Positions 40,100 to 55,000 of a stretch of 64,000 bases of DNA are shown one piece after another. The DNA comes from Tubiluchus corallicola. Its lineage: Eukaryota > Animalia > Priapulida. Where the stretch lies: assembly GCA_030141605.1 (NCBI GenBank), contig JAQGDQ010000530.1, positions 1-64,000 on the forward strand. Reading direction: 5' to 3'. The notes below the pieces were generated by a model. The model saw nothing but the letters and a program-made list of their open reading frames with translations. It was not told the origin of the DNA and did not search any database. Numbering within the stretch: the stretch's first letter is position 1; each line of letters starts with the position of its first letter. A program made the position numbers and the translations under genes.

Positions 40100-43000
40100 C
40101 CCTCTGGTTACTGTGATAGAATTGTCAGGTATAGACGAATAATACAATTTCAGTACAATGGCCCTTAATGCTTGCTGCTCCGGGGTCTACAATGGCCTGC
40201 TTAATAGCATAATTAATGTGAGATATTGTCCCATTATGCTTATAAACTGTCAATTTACAGTACATTCTTGGAACATGGGAAGAGGTATGCATAAGAATAC
40301 ACTGGAATCAAAGTGATTTAAAATTTCAAGCAAATAACCTATCAATCGCATTTTTTTCTAATTAAACTACAACACCTACATTACAAGAAATAACAGATAA
40401 CAAACAGGGTTAACAAACTTGACACGAGCTTTTACATTTGGCATTAAATAAGCATCTAAAAGCATACACCATTGAGCCTTTGAGTTAGTTCCAATTTTTC
40501 TTGTTTTAGTTCGGCAACACATGACTCGTATTTCGCTTCGATGTGTTTTATCTGAGCATCGGCAGCAACATTTGCTTGTTCCACCTGTCTCTCACAAGCT
40601 TTCCTAGCTGCATCGGCTTGTGACAACTTCTCCTATAAGCAAGTAAATACTTCACATCATTCAGCATTGTAAAAAATTCAATTTTGCATTAAAAAATACA
40701 AACCCAAATTAACTTGAAAAAACAAAAACAAAGGTAAGATACACTTAAATGTTTTAAAAATATTTTAAAACGCGTTCAATATTTACAATCAGTGGCAGCT
40801 CGTGTAAAGGTACTGTGGAACTGCAGCACCCCTTATTTTCATTCAATATTATCGATAATATTCAATATAATGAGTCTCTTTTCTTTAGTTCTTTCTTTAT
40901 GCTTGTACGTAACCAGAGCACGTGAGGGTAGTAGTGTAAGCTTCACAGCCCTGCACAGTGGTGCGTTTGGCTGTTGTGCGCATGCGGCCATGCGCAAATG
41001 TCTGAGAGAACATGCTGTATGCTGCACTGCTATCGTCTGTTCCTAGCTAGAGAAAGTACTGTCATTCACACAGTTTGTTGTCAGTTGCTTAAAAACCGTG
41101 TACCGGCATATTATTGAACATATTATTTTCAATTTAGGATTTTACAAAGTTTAAACATTTTCGTATGTTTGTTTGTTTAAAATTATAAATTACTACATTA
41201 AAATTACATGTTTGTTCGTTGTGCACATTATTAAGACAATGGATCATGACGTACAACCCAGTAATTTTTTGGAGTACAACAAAGTAATTTTAGTTAAGAG
41301 CAGCCACTGTTAACAGCTGAAACAGCATTGTGCCTAGACACAAGTTTACACTGGAACTAACAAGAGCTGTAACTAAATCTGTATTCTGTACCTATTATAA
41401 TTACCCTTTACTATACAGGTAATCGTCAACATGCTACCGCAATCGGTTCCGACAAACTGATCGTGAAACGACTTGAACGCAAGTCGGACCCACATATTTA
41501 AGTGGTGCCCTCTACATGTAAAATGTTGTGTACAGGATAATCATTTTTTATTTATCTTGCAATACACACACAATTATAATGCAAATAATAATTTGAAAAA
41601 ATACTTTGAGAAGAAAAGGCAGCGAAAGACCAATTGGTCATCTAGCCAGCTGCCCCTTGGTTAGTGATGATCAATTTAAAGGCATTGTGCTACAATGTAT
41701 TAGTGTTAGTACTGCTTGTGGTTAGAATTTAATTCTTACAAAATTACATTAAATTGATGTACGCACACTAAGTATGGCAGCATCTACAGATGAACTTGTC
41801 GCAGATAGAGATTCAAAATTAATTAGCTCAAATAGAAGAAGGAATAAGAGTTATTACTAGTTTTGTATAATTAAGTGGTTCTAGAGACGTAAAATTGAAC
41901 AGTCGTAAGTTGCATGGATCGTGAATTGACAACTACATGTACTGCAGATTGTCTCAGGGAAACATAGAAAGTGATAAGAAAGACAGAACCTACGATGAAG
42001 GACTTTTTGTAAAGTAAAGCTACATGTCTTTAGATCTTCATTTTAAAATCAGAATACAGTCAACCCTCGTTAAACCGGACTAATTGGGGGGGGGGGGGGG
42101 TCCGGTTTAGCCGACTGTCTGATTTATCCGATATGCCTATATATGGTGTATATTATACAGGAATAATCACCTTAATAAGGCCTATATACATTGCACTATA
42201 TACTGTGCACTATATACTATACTGTATATTACTTTAAAATAGTTAACCTGTGAGGATAAAGAAATTATTGTACAGTTGGTAGTCCGTATTGTGTTTAGCG
42301 CTTGGGCTCAGATGGAAATCGTTCAGTTTCTTTTACCACGGATGACGTCCGTCTTATCTGATATCCGGGCTAACGGGGTCCGGTTTAACGAGGGTCGACT
42401 GTACTTATCTGCTACCAAAAAATCACAGATTACCTCTAGCTGAGCTTTAGCAATAGCAGAAGTGCAAAGATCAGATTTCAGGTTGTCAATAAGCGAAGCC
42501 TGATCTTTTTTCTCCGCTTCAACAGCAGCAAGTTGTGACTGCAGTTTGACATGTGCTTCCCTCTGTTGTTGATAGTTCTGACATGTTTTCTCATGAACTA
42601 CTGCATCAGCTGCTTTTTGATGAAGCTGTTTTGTTGTATCACTCAGCTGCTTCCTAGAACAAACAACAATTTCCACAAATCAAAATTTCTCAAACTTATG
42701 TTGTCTGTACAAAAACAGATGAAAGGAGTGAAAGTGTACATCAGTTTTCTTGTGAAAAGCAACAAACCTACTTACTGACCAACTAACTGGCTAACTAACA
42801 AACTGATAAATTACTGATCTTTACATAAATGGTGTAGTAAACATGACTAGCTTAGTTGCTGATTTTGTTTTTACTTATTTATTTATTGTGTATTTACTAA
42901 AATACCTTTTGTAATTTTTACTAGTTAAATCAATTTGTCACTAAAATAAGATATACATACATACGTACATACAGAAATGACAATATTATGCACTGCAATA

Positions 43001-46000
43001 TTTATGTACACAAAAATTATACTTCATCCTAAATAATAATCAAAACAAAAAAAACCTGGGGCAAAAAATTCATTAAATTAAAATGGCAAACATTTTAATG
43101 GTAAGGATTTATTTAAAATTATTTTACACCTTCTAGATGCACTCCTCAAAGCAAGACAAAAAGTATAAAAACACAAAGTTTTTCTAAATTATGCAGGACG
43201 TGTCAGTGATGTCATAGTTAAAATGCTTAATCATTAAGTTATTCATTGAAACAACAAGTTATTAGTGCCTAGGAAGAAACCTTTTTATGAAATATTGCAT
43301 ATGTTTTGGAATGGCTAGATTCTGTCACCAGTGACAGCCTATAGTTATAGAACAAAACGTAAAAACAACATTTAATAGTGGAATCATGGTAGAATGAAAA
43401 ATAGCTGAAAAGTATCTAAAATATCTAGGTATTTTATAGATCTATTGCCACTCCAAAACATACGAAGCATCTTACTGAAAAGTTTAATCTATACAAAATG
43501 TCAGCACTTATTCACGGCTAGTTAGAAACATTAGACAAAGAAAAGAATAAATGTCAAAGCAATATTAGGAGGCGTAAGATGCGTAAATCTTGTAGGTGTA
43601 GTCGTAGGTGCAAGCACATGTTTATTATGCACTGACCTTGTTCTAAGCAATTTGTATAAAAAATAAATAATGACCATTCATTCTTCTCTGCTGAGACAAA
43701 ACATCACAGAGTTAAAGCTTGATTTGTTAATTCAAAACTACGGTTTTTTAGTCAACGATCCAAACAGACGTATTAATTACTTTCACACAACCACCTTTTG
43801 TCTATCAGTAAAGTTAGTTAGTCATTTCAGAATTAGTTGATTCATGTGAGCCATGCATTATTAGCAATTATTAAAAGTGTGTGCAAATGACGTATTTAAA
43901 ATATGCTTAGGTTTCTGTGATTCGGCAGCTTAGACACAAACTGCTGAAAGCAAGACGCAAAGCTATTGGACATGCTTTAAACTTGAGACTTGAAGGAATG
44001 GTACGTGTTCTAGTAAACTGATTACCAAATCCTTCAGTATAACTTGCAGATTAATACAAAATCTATACAAAGAGTGCAAGTTCTGTGGTGACATTAGTAT
44101 AACTAAAATAACTTTATTCATACACATAATCCATTTCAGCATTATCCACCGTCCTGCAAATCAAAGATAAAAATTTCTCACCAATTAGACAGACAAACGT
44201 AATAACGAACTCTCATTAAATAATCAGTGCATTGTGAACAGGAATACGTTACAAGATAACTTTTGAAAAATTATAAACCACGTTACCATAAACTATGCTT
44301 TTCCTGTAAAACATTATAAAACCATTAAACAAATCCTGTAAAACAATTATATCGATGGTCGAGAAAGTTTGGATGTCAAACTGGCAAAAGTCTTTGCTTT
44401 GTTGGAAAATCTACAGAGCTTTTGTCTTTGGCATTCACATATTTAATGCATTTGACATTTACAACAGATGCGAAAACTTTATTGAATAAATCCATGAAGG
44501 ATGTACCTAAAGGCAAAAACACCAGCTAAATGCAGAAAATTACAGAAATGGGTTCCATGGGTCCAACTGTCCTGGAACACGCCATAATGGCTTTTTGCTA
44601 GTTTTCTGGAAATTTCTTTTAATTTATGTTAGATGTGCAAAAACTTGGCGGCCATTTTGTTTTTGCATTTTTCACACCTTTCTGCAAATTCTTCGAGCTG
44701 GCAAGAGCTTTTTTCGGATACAGCACAGTCAAATTAACAAGACTGGCTATATTGCCCTCTTTTAGAAGAAGAAGAACAATAGAACTTTATAGAAGCAACT
44801 TTTTTGGCATTTGGGCCTAGACTATATTCCAAGCTGTATTTAACCAATCTAGACTCCTTGTATCTAATTGTCAAGACTGGCAGCCATAATAAGCAGAACA
44901 ATCAGTTTCTAGTATTTTACATTAAACAGTACATTTATGGATTTGAAACTCATAATAATTCCGTTAAACTGACTCATTAGTTCACCTAATTTTTAAGACA
45001 TGTTTGTCACCTGTTAAGTCATATGTAATAATATTACCTAAGTGTATGACCTGGTCCACTCAAGATAAAGGAACATTCTGCAGATAAGTGTGTGCTTGCA
45101 AACCAAAACCGTCGATAAGTCCGCATAGTCAAAACTACATTATTATGCTTTAAAGTAGAATACACCAAAAATTTGGTCAAATGTCAATTTCATGTTTTTC
45201 ATAAGAACAAATGCTAAATATATTGGACTTTTATATTCTAGCATCAAACTATAAAGAAAATGTTCAAAAAATAATAAAAATCTAATTTTTTAACCCCGTA
45301 CCAAGGACTACTATACAACAGGACGTGCACGGTCAGATCTCTGATTCGGCTAGCGGAGGCGATCAATTTTTAACATTTAGTGCTAATAATTTGGACGTAT
45401 TTACCCCCCATGGTGACCTATAGCATGCCACAATACACATAGAACATATTTCTCATTCATCTAGTAATTTAAAACAGTGGTACCTATGATATCCCCCCCC
45501 CCAAAAAAAAACACACCATATCTGCAACTCATTGTGTCCCGAAGATTACCTGTCACTTTCTATAGAGAATAAACAAACTGCACCATTTTGTCAGGACTAT
45601 ATAAACTCATTCATAGGTTCCTCTGTGTAAATTAGAATACATGAAATTATTGCACTCACCATTTTGCAGAGATGTTTGTGACAATTAGTCGGCTAGTCGC
45701 GCCTTCTTAATGGAGGTCTGGTAAAGGGCTGAGTTCTGCTGGTGATCCTTCTCCAAATTGTGTAGTCCATGCAGCAGTACATTCGCCAGGCGTCTCAGAG
45801 CATTTCTTGAAAATTCTCCAAAATCAAAGTAGGCATTGATTATGGAGAGGATGTTCATCAGCTTGTTGCGGCAGCAGACTGTGTGAGTTGACTTCTTCAC
45901 AAAACACAAGCCAGTTGTTACGAATTCAAACGTGAATGTGTGGGGCACTGTAAGACCTCCCCTAGACACTTCTTCAATGAACATTTTCATTTCCTCAGAA

Positions 46001-49000
46001 AGGAGAGGCTCATCCTCGGGAAAAGAAATGTCATTTTGGCACTTACTCTCCAACCAACCTGCGACATATGCACACGCGTTCAGTTCAGTTTTGGAAAGAG
46101 TATCGTCAACACAAATCTCCATAATTTTGGCATCTTCGAAATCAATCCCATTGCATGTGTGCAACTGGATTTCGGATGATGTGTCTGTGTCCACAAACTC
46201 CAGGAATGATGCAGAAAAACGCGCCAGTCTCCGCTTGAATGCTGAACAGACATCTCCAGCTTGCATGAATGCATTGGCCCCCCTTGACTGCCTGTAAACT
46301 GAGAACTCACCCTCTATTCTGTCACTCTGAAGTTCACGCAATAATACGTAGTGATATCCAACAGAAAATAAGTGCCTACAGATAGCCCTGTAGACCTACG
46401 AGAGTCCCTCCGTGGTCTGAATCAAAGCTTTTCGCGTATCATGTGTCAGGCATTCAATTCTATTTGGTCCGTATCCTGATTCGGTTTGCTTAAACATAGT
46501 CAACAACGACTGAAGAGTATCAGATGTATCTTGTTGAACAGATCGATCAGGGTCTCTCATCCTCGTGTCTTGAGCTCTGGCAGAAACATTTACCACATTC
46601 CACCAGCGTAGCACTTGCTGAATGAATTCTGCAGTGTCCTGGGCTCCTCGAAGTCTCAGCGATGCAACGACACGATCGTTGAACACCCTCAGGACATGTT
46701 CCACATTCTGGAGCTGAAGTTTCGATGGGAAGACTGCAGAATATGTCAAAGGTGTTGACTTCAGCACATTGTCTTTCTCAGCTTTGTAAAGACTTTTTAC
46801 TTCAGCAAATGAGCCAACAGTTTTCTTGTCAAACGATAATCTCTGACATTTCTCCGTGATCCAGTTGTTCCTGATACATTTCAGAATGTGGACGGTATCA
46901 TACAACAGGAACCACACTAGTGTATTTTCCAGGGGATGTTCAGCCGCCCAGTCTGTTCGTCTGGTAAACAATTTGCAGTATTGTTGGTTGATCTTGTGGT
47001 TGTCCGTCATGGATCCTAAAACAGTTCCTCCCGAATTCTCAACCATTGTAGCAGCCTCCTTCACGACAGAAAATTGATATGCAGCAGTCAGCTTGTGAAT
47101 GGGGGTCACTGATATCATCACGCTGGGGCCACCATGTAGACATTTAGCCATCACACAGAGCATTGATGTAGCTTTACTGTCTGGCTCATTTTTTGCCATG
47201 CCATTTAGCAAACCCCCTGAAAAAGCCACTGTTGGGCGTATTTTCACTTCATCCACCAATAGCATACAGTGTTTCTGCTCAGAGCTTTTCACTTTCTGAA
47301 ATGTTTTACCTAGCACCTTGTCAATATCTGTCGATGAAATAACTGACTGCAGCTTTCTTTGGCTGGGTAACACTAAAAAGTCACGCAGTTGTTCGTAATT
47401 GCAATGGGGAAATGACTCTATTGCAAAGCAATAATCAGACACTGTGAAAGTCTTATCACATAATAGTCGAAGCTGTCGTGTTAGAAATTTGAGCTTCTTG
47501 GCTTTAGCATTAACACTAGGAGATTGTTCTCGATTTTGAGCTAGTTCAAGTTCAAGAGACTGTGTCACTTTGTTGACAATATCATCAACATGATGAATGT
47601 GGTTGACAACAGAATTCACAACCGCGAAAAATTGTGAGTAAGAGGACAGCCCATTGTTCGGACTGAGGATTTTACTTAATGGCACACTGATCCCATTTTT
47701 GAAAGCATACAGAGTAAGAGGGGAACACAAGGTAGGCTTATTGTGAACAATAATTGACATATAACATTGACTGTGGTCCTCTTCCATGAACATGCACACA
47801 AATTTGTCTTGTGTGCGAGATATAATGAGGTTCTGATACATCTTATGCAGGTCTTTCTCAGGAGTGAATTCATTGAGAGAAGTTATTTTATCCTTTTTAA
47901 AGAAATAATTCAACTGCTGGTCCTCAGTTTTTGGAGGGCGAGGTGGTGGCTTTGGAGTGGGCAAACATGATGTTGGAACGTTGAAAATACTGGGTGGATC
48001 CACTGGCCTGGTGTGACCACCTGGAATTTTGACCATTTGAGTATCCGATGGCCAATGCTTTTCGCAAATGAAAAATTTCGTTGGATCAACAACAAAGCCT
48101 TCGCATGGGGGAAGAACACTTAGCCATTTCTGTTTTTCTACATGATCTCTTGGCAGTCTGAACACACGACACTTGTTCTCCGTGTCATAGTTACCTTTGC
48201 ATTTAACAACACCACACTTGTTAGGCATGCTGCTGAGCACAGATGTATAAAATCCACCAGAAATTTTGAAAATAATCCACAAAGAAAGAAAACACAAGCA
48301 CGAAAACAACGCTTCACTTGACTTTGAACAATGACACATTAACAATGACACATTAACAATGACAAAGCACTACTTCCGGTAAAACACACTTACGCCTAAA
48401 GTAGTGCGCTATTTAAGAAGTAAAAATGAACACTAATTTCCTTTGATACATAAAATAAACAATTGGTACTTTTCTCCCGTAATGTAAAGAACCAATTAAA
48501 GGAAAAATAATACTCGCTATCTACCGATCCGCCCATTCTTTAATTTCCAAGATCACTACTCTCTAAAGCGCACTATTTATAGATTACGTTCATACAAGTA
48601 TGGATCGCCTCCGCTAGCCGAATCAGAGATCTAAGCGTGCACGTCCTGTTGTATAGTAGTCCTTGCCCCGTACCCACTTCTCTCGCTAAAAACTAGTCTT
48701 GCAATTGTGAAAACTCTTATTTTCAAACTCAGATAGTAGCTCGTGGAAGCAGTCATTTTGCTTCAGGTTTTTTTCTGTTGTCAAGAACAGATCTTCATCA
48801 GTAAGAGCCGTCTACATAACATAACATGGATTTAAACATAACTTCAATAGTTGTTCTTGCAAAGTCCAAAGCAACCAAGATTCGTAAGGTTGCTAAGTGT
48901 TTTGTAGAAACAAGACAAAAAACAATGGCTAATTTTAACAGCGATTTCCTGAAGGTTATGTTTTTCAGTGCACCACAACTTCAACATGGATGATCCCAGC

Positions 49001-52000
49001 TTAGAAATAACATATAGAGATGAGCTTAGTATTATAATTATTTACATAAAATGGAGTTTTAGGATATGCGAATAAGTAAAAATACGTAATGGCTGACTTA
49101 TGGACGATTTTGATATGCAAGCACAAATATATTATGCACCAACAAGACTGATTTATGATGGCTAGCAAAAGCTGCAGAAAAAATACTTTTAAATAAGTGA
49201 AGAACAACTCACTTAATGAGTTTAAGTTCAGCAACAGCATCATCCCTCTCCTTTGCTATCCTGTGTTTTTCAAACTCACACTGTGTGCTCACGGTGTTGA
49301 TGGCGTTGTCACACTGCTTGCTGACTTCATGAACTCTTGTCTCTTGAATATGAACATCTTGTTTCAATTTGTGAACTTCTGCAAAAAAGAGATGAAATGA
49401 TGCCTCTTAATTTCCTCCACACAGCTGTACAAGATCTTTGAGGAATGAATCACGCAACTGTCACAGAAGTAATAGTTACCACGGCAAAAATAAATATTGA
49501 ATTATGTTAGCAATCTTTGGAAACCTAGTAAAACACAAAAGGTAGGTTCAGAGGCCAAAATTACACAGATTAAAAAATTATAGGAGTGGAACTTCATGCG
49601 AAAAACTATTTCACAAGAATTTTATGATTTTGGGACTTAATTGGGTCCTCCGCATGTCGTCCCAATGACCAACATATTAACTGGCTATTCTGCTATTTTG
49701 CAACAACCCAACAGCAGCAGCATGATCCTCCTAGTTGACTAGAATACACTTACAAGAAATGAACACCTCAAGTGCCAGTTCCAACCAGCAAATGACCACA
49801 ACACACTTCTATTAAGTGTAATTCTGTAAAAGACATCTGGATAAGGAATCAACATTTTAACAAGATTAACTACTTCCTTGGCACCAATATTTTAACAATG
49901 TTAGCTGCTTTCTTGGCACCAATATTTTAACAAGATTAACTGCTTCCTTGGTCCCAATATTTAAACTACATTAGCTGCTTCCTTGGCACCAATATTTAAA
50001 CAACATTAGCTGCTTCCTTGGCACCAATATTTTAACAAGATTAATTGTTTCCTTGGCACCAATATTTTAACAAGGTTAACTGCTTCCTTGGCACCAATAT
50101 TTTAACAATGTTAGCTGCTTTCTTGGCACCAACATTTTAACAAGATTAACTGCTTCTTTGGCACCAATATTTAAACAACATTAGCTGCTTCCTTGGCACC
50201 AATATTTTAACAAGATTAATTGCTTCCTTGGCACCAATATTTTAACAAGATTAATTACTTCCTTGGCACTAACATTATAACAAGATTAATTGCTTCCTTG
50301 GCACCAATATCTTAACAAGATTAATTGCTTCCTTGGCACTAACATTATAACAAGATTAATTGCTTCCTTGGCACCAATATCTTAACAAGATTAATTGCTT
50401 TCTTAGTACCAATATTTAAACAAAATTAATTGCTTCCTTGGCACCAATATCTTAACAAGATTAATTGCTTCCTTGGCACCAATATCTTAACAAGATTAAT
50501 TGTTTCCTTGGCACCAATATTTAAACAACGTTAGCTGCTTTCTTAGCACCAATATTTTAACAAGGTTAAATGCTTCTTTGGCACCAATCTTTAAACAACA
50601 TTAGCCGTTTTCTTGGCACCAATATTTTAACAAGATTAATTGCTTTTTGGCACCAATATTTTATAAAGACTGCAATACTTCAGTTCATGCAAACGTACAA
50701 TGAAATCAGCATTAACATCACAATACTGAATGATAATATAAAAACCTGCAGCTAGATTATTTCTCTCAGCTCTCATAACACCACACATTTCTTCACTAAC
50801 TTCTAGTCGTCGAAGCAACGCTGTCATTTCTGTGTTGACCTTGCTCAATTCTGACTCTGCATGGTGTCGAGCCGACTCTTCCATCGTACGTCTTTCCTGC
50901 AAAATGAAGCAAGGGTAAAAATTGAGTTTAAGAATGTAAACACAGTATTATAAAAAATGTGTTTAATACCATACCCTTGGATTATACATTACTTAACTTG
51001 TAGATGGTTGACAATGTATGCCTAAGATGCTACAACACATTTAGCATTTTTATCACATAAACATTGACAAATTGCGGTTTTCGACATATTAATAAAGAAA
51101 TAGCAAGCTCATACATGCCCTGTGTTTTGGCTAAATTAAATCACAAACATAGAATTAAATGACAGTGCAGGATGATAAGGCCTGTGTCACACAGAGAAAG
51201 GCATAAGGAGCAAGCCATAATCCATCATCTGTAAGCAACAAGGTGTCTTCAATTTTCCATAAGGCATAGATTATAATCTGCGGTATACTCTCTACTCTGT
51301 GTAAATAGTAAGGTGTTTAGCCATAATCTGTTTAGGCAATATATGTATCTAATTGCAGTTATTAGTGAAATGTCATGCTTATAAAGTACCTTTTGATGTT
51401 TGCGAGACCATTCTATTACGCATTCTTATGATACAAATCAACTGCACACTGCGAAAGAAATTAATGGCCAAATTCGTTTCGCAATAAGGCGATGAACCGC
51501 TGAAAATGGCTTGTGCGGAGCCTCCCACAGATTATGGCTGACAGCTTATTGTAGGATAAACTGCAGTAGGCAGAAGACGACAAATGGATCATCTGTGAGA
51601 CGGCGCCATTGGTTAGCAAACATTCATTTTTCATGAGGAGGCTTTTGTCCTCATAGCTTATTCTTTACGGATCATATCCAGCTCTGCGTGACACAGGCTT
51701 TATATGGCAAATATTTTAACATGTCTGCAACTCACCAACAATGTCGAAGTTTGATTTTTTTCTCTATCCAAAGTGCTAAGCAAACCTTCGTGCCGCTCTT
51801 TTAAGGCAAATAATTCCTGACTAGCATTTGTGTAATCAAGCTTCAGTTTCTCGACCAAGTTTCTCTCGCTTTCCAACTGTTCATTTAAAAACGAAACTTT
51901 CATTTAAAAAAATTTGTGGTCATCAATGTTTTTGACAACACTCAACACAAGAAGGAACTTGTTCTTTTCAAAGTTTATACAAACTCATGCACAAGAAACT

Positions 52001-55000
52001 ATAGTGATTTCTCTAAATAAAAAAGAACGGCAGCTTCAGAAAAAGTTTAATAACGATTATAAACACAGTTATTATGAAGATGTTACAAAGCACATTTAAC
52101 TAATTCTACAATACAATGCACTGTGATAGACAAACGTCAAATCAAAAGCACGGCAAGTTGAAAGAAAAATAAGAATGGGAACTTATGCCAAAGAAAATCA
52201 CACCAAGGAAAGAGCAACAAGTAAAAAACACCACCAATATGAAGCTGAGAAAAATACAGCAGTATAAAAACTTGTGCACAACTATTTAACTTTTGTACTC
52301 TTTAATATAAAAAACTTAAGTTGTAGAAATTACTTTCAAGATTTCAAATTTATTGTTCAAATTATTCCAAACTGTAAGCTGATTTGAACCCTTGAGTAAA
52401 GGTGCATTGAAGCATATCCAAATGAGCACATCAAAATTACACACTGAGCTAAATGCCACCTCTTTCCATCAACATCAAGTTTGTGCTTCTCTTACAACTT
52501 TTATCTAGAAGCTTCTTGAAAGCTTGTTCTACTGTGGCTGCCAAGCATACAGAATAAGATATACAAAATGTGCAAAGATCACGTGATGTAAAAGAGAGAA
52601 TCGAACTGAAATGCTCAGATTGGCTTACTAACAAGTAAAGGAAAAGTTAGAAATTGGACACAAAGCTATTGAAATTAGAATAAGCAACAATTGCCAAAGA
52701 ACAATAAATGCTGCCAACCTCGACTTCTTAAGTAACGCTCAAAGCTAATTAATGGCAACCGAACACAGCTACTGCTTACAACAGAAACTAACCATAGTTT
52801 GTGCAATGGCAGGCATCTTCATTTGCACGTCAAGCACATTTGCGTAAGTGTTACAGTACTGCTTAAATGCGTGATGTCAAGAAAATAGGCTCAACATCAT
52901 ACAACGTCAGAAACTAACACTGCAGTTCATAATCATGATTATCACGATACTGCCTTCTATTTGTCGACCACGTGAATGTGGCAAAAAGGCGCCACTGCCA
53001 ATCTTAGTAGATTCACTGAGCCGCGCGTAGCTTTGAAAGTGTAACAAAATTTGAGTATCCAAGGTAATTATTATTTAATCTAATCTTAGTACTGTTGTTG
53101 AACTGTTAAATATTACAGTTTCAGTTAGTTTGACCAGAATTATCCTCTCTGCTTTTCAACACCGGAATCAACATCAAATTGCAACAAAGTATCAGCTCTG
53201 TGCGTTTAATTTTGCCGTACTCTTTCATTTATTTCCACCTTAGGCAAATAACATAGACACCCAGTGCAAGAATACGTGATAAAGATAGCAGACCAACACA
53301 GCAAACAGGGAACTAATACTGAACCAGTAACAATACCAGTTTGGTGTTTTCCTGAAGCTTTCCATCTAACAAAAGGCTTCCTTCTTTGAGCAAGCTTAAC
53401 TCTTTCGTAAGTAAAGTTACCTGTTGTTCAAAAAAATCAGCTGCTTTATATAATTCTACCATGCACTTTATGATAAAAAGTGAACACACAAATCTCAATA
53501 TATATTAAGCAAACGCTTCTTAGATTATTAGAGTGGTCTGCTCTGCACATAAGGATAGTTGAAGGCTAAAAGTTTAGACAATTTATATTCTTAAAAAATG
53601 AATTTAAGGTAAAAAGAAGTTTTCTTTAATAAAAAAAGCTAACCGTAGCCTAAAATTTAACACTAAGTTTATTAAATTTCATGGCTAATGAATTCTGGCC
53701 TCGAAGTTGCATTTTTGCTCAAAAACACTTTGTTCGGTTTTTGCTTATGAAACTTCGGAAAATCATGGGCTAAGCAAATGTACTAGTGATGGCTTCCTTG
53801 TATACTGCGTCGTGTCTGTGACGCTTTATTTGTAAACAAAGCTACACTGTGAAGTGTGACATGTGATAATCAAACTCAAATGCTGCCGTAACTTAGGACT
53901 GAGATTTTACTGGCGTCATCTAACGAGAAAAATGCATGAAATCAAGATCCAGACTTTCTTCGAAAATGACAACTTCACACGTAAAATTGAAAGTTCATAA
54001 AGTTTGCTGTATTTGACCTTTAAGCAGATGTTATATGAAGAGTTTTATAACAAGCGTCACACGACTATGGTGTCCTATTTAAAATGACTTATTATAAACT
54101 CCGATAAAAACAAACCAACATATGGTCAATGCAATAATGCATTACTTCCCATATCCTCTAATAAACACATAAAACAACTCACCTTGGCTTTATACTCTGT
54201 TTTCTCAGCATCTATCTGAAGAAGATTTCCATTTAAATGTCTGTTTTCAGTTTCCAAGGCAACCAAGCGCATACTTTTCTCTTGAACTTGTTTCTCCATC
54301 AGCTCTAGTTTTCTTTTTTGCCCATCAGGTGACTAAAAATTTTCAAATATGTGGCATAAGTAAAAAATTCTTAAAATAAACATGCACGGCAATACTCAGT
54401 GTTTTGAAGTAATCACTAAAATTTTATTTTAAAAATTCAACATTACAGAAAAAGCAAAAACATGGCAATTTTTTTGGCCCAATGAGTAGACTGAGAAAAA
54501 CATGCTCAATTCTGACTGGTTGATCTACTAAATGCATCTAACGAAGCCAAGTTTTAGAGGCAAATCTAAATAAGCATAACCTCCTTATAATCTTCCTTTT
54601 TCAGGGTTGCATAAATGTTAACACTTGTCAAAAAGTACATATACTAATTATATAATTATAGTTATTTATCTAACAGATTTCAAGCAAAACAGCGTAAAAT
54701 TATATTAGCAACAAGAAAGGCATTTGAGAATTTTCTTCTTCAATACAGAACAATGTTGACAAAATACAGAACACAGATGTACTTTCTCATGACAGTGATG
54801 AACACAGTACACAACAATGAACTAACCTAGACAAGTAGTAACACAAACAGCTTATGACAACACGTTGTGGTCTATGATGAACACATTACTCAACAATGAA
54901 CTAACTTAGGCAAGTAGTAATGCAAACAACTAATGACAACACATTGTGGTCTAGTTGATTTGTTTACATACATACCTGACTGCTAACTTTCTGGGAATGT

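Noticed and set aside
48229-48351. 41-aa hydrophobic N-terminal extension of the transposase ORF
   Set aside because: THAP domains start at the N-terminus; the MPNKC ATG at 48228 is the likely start and the extension is open UTR
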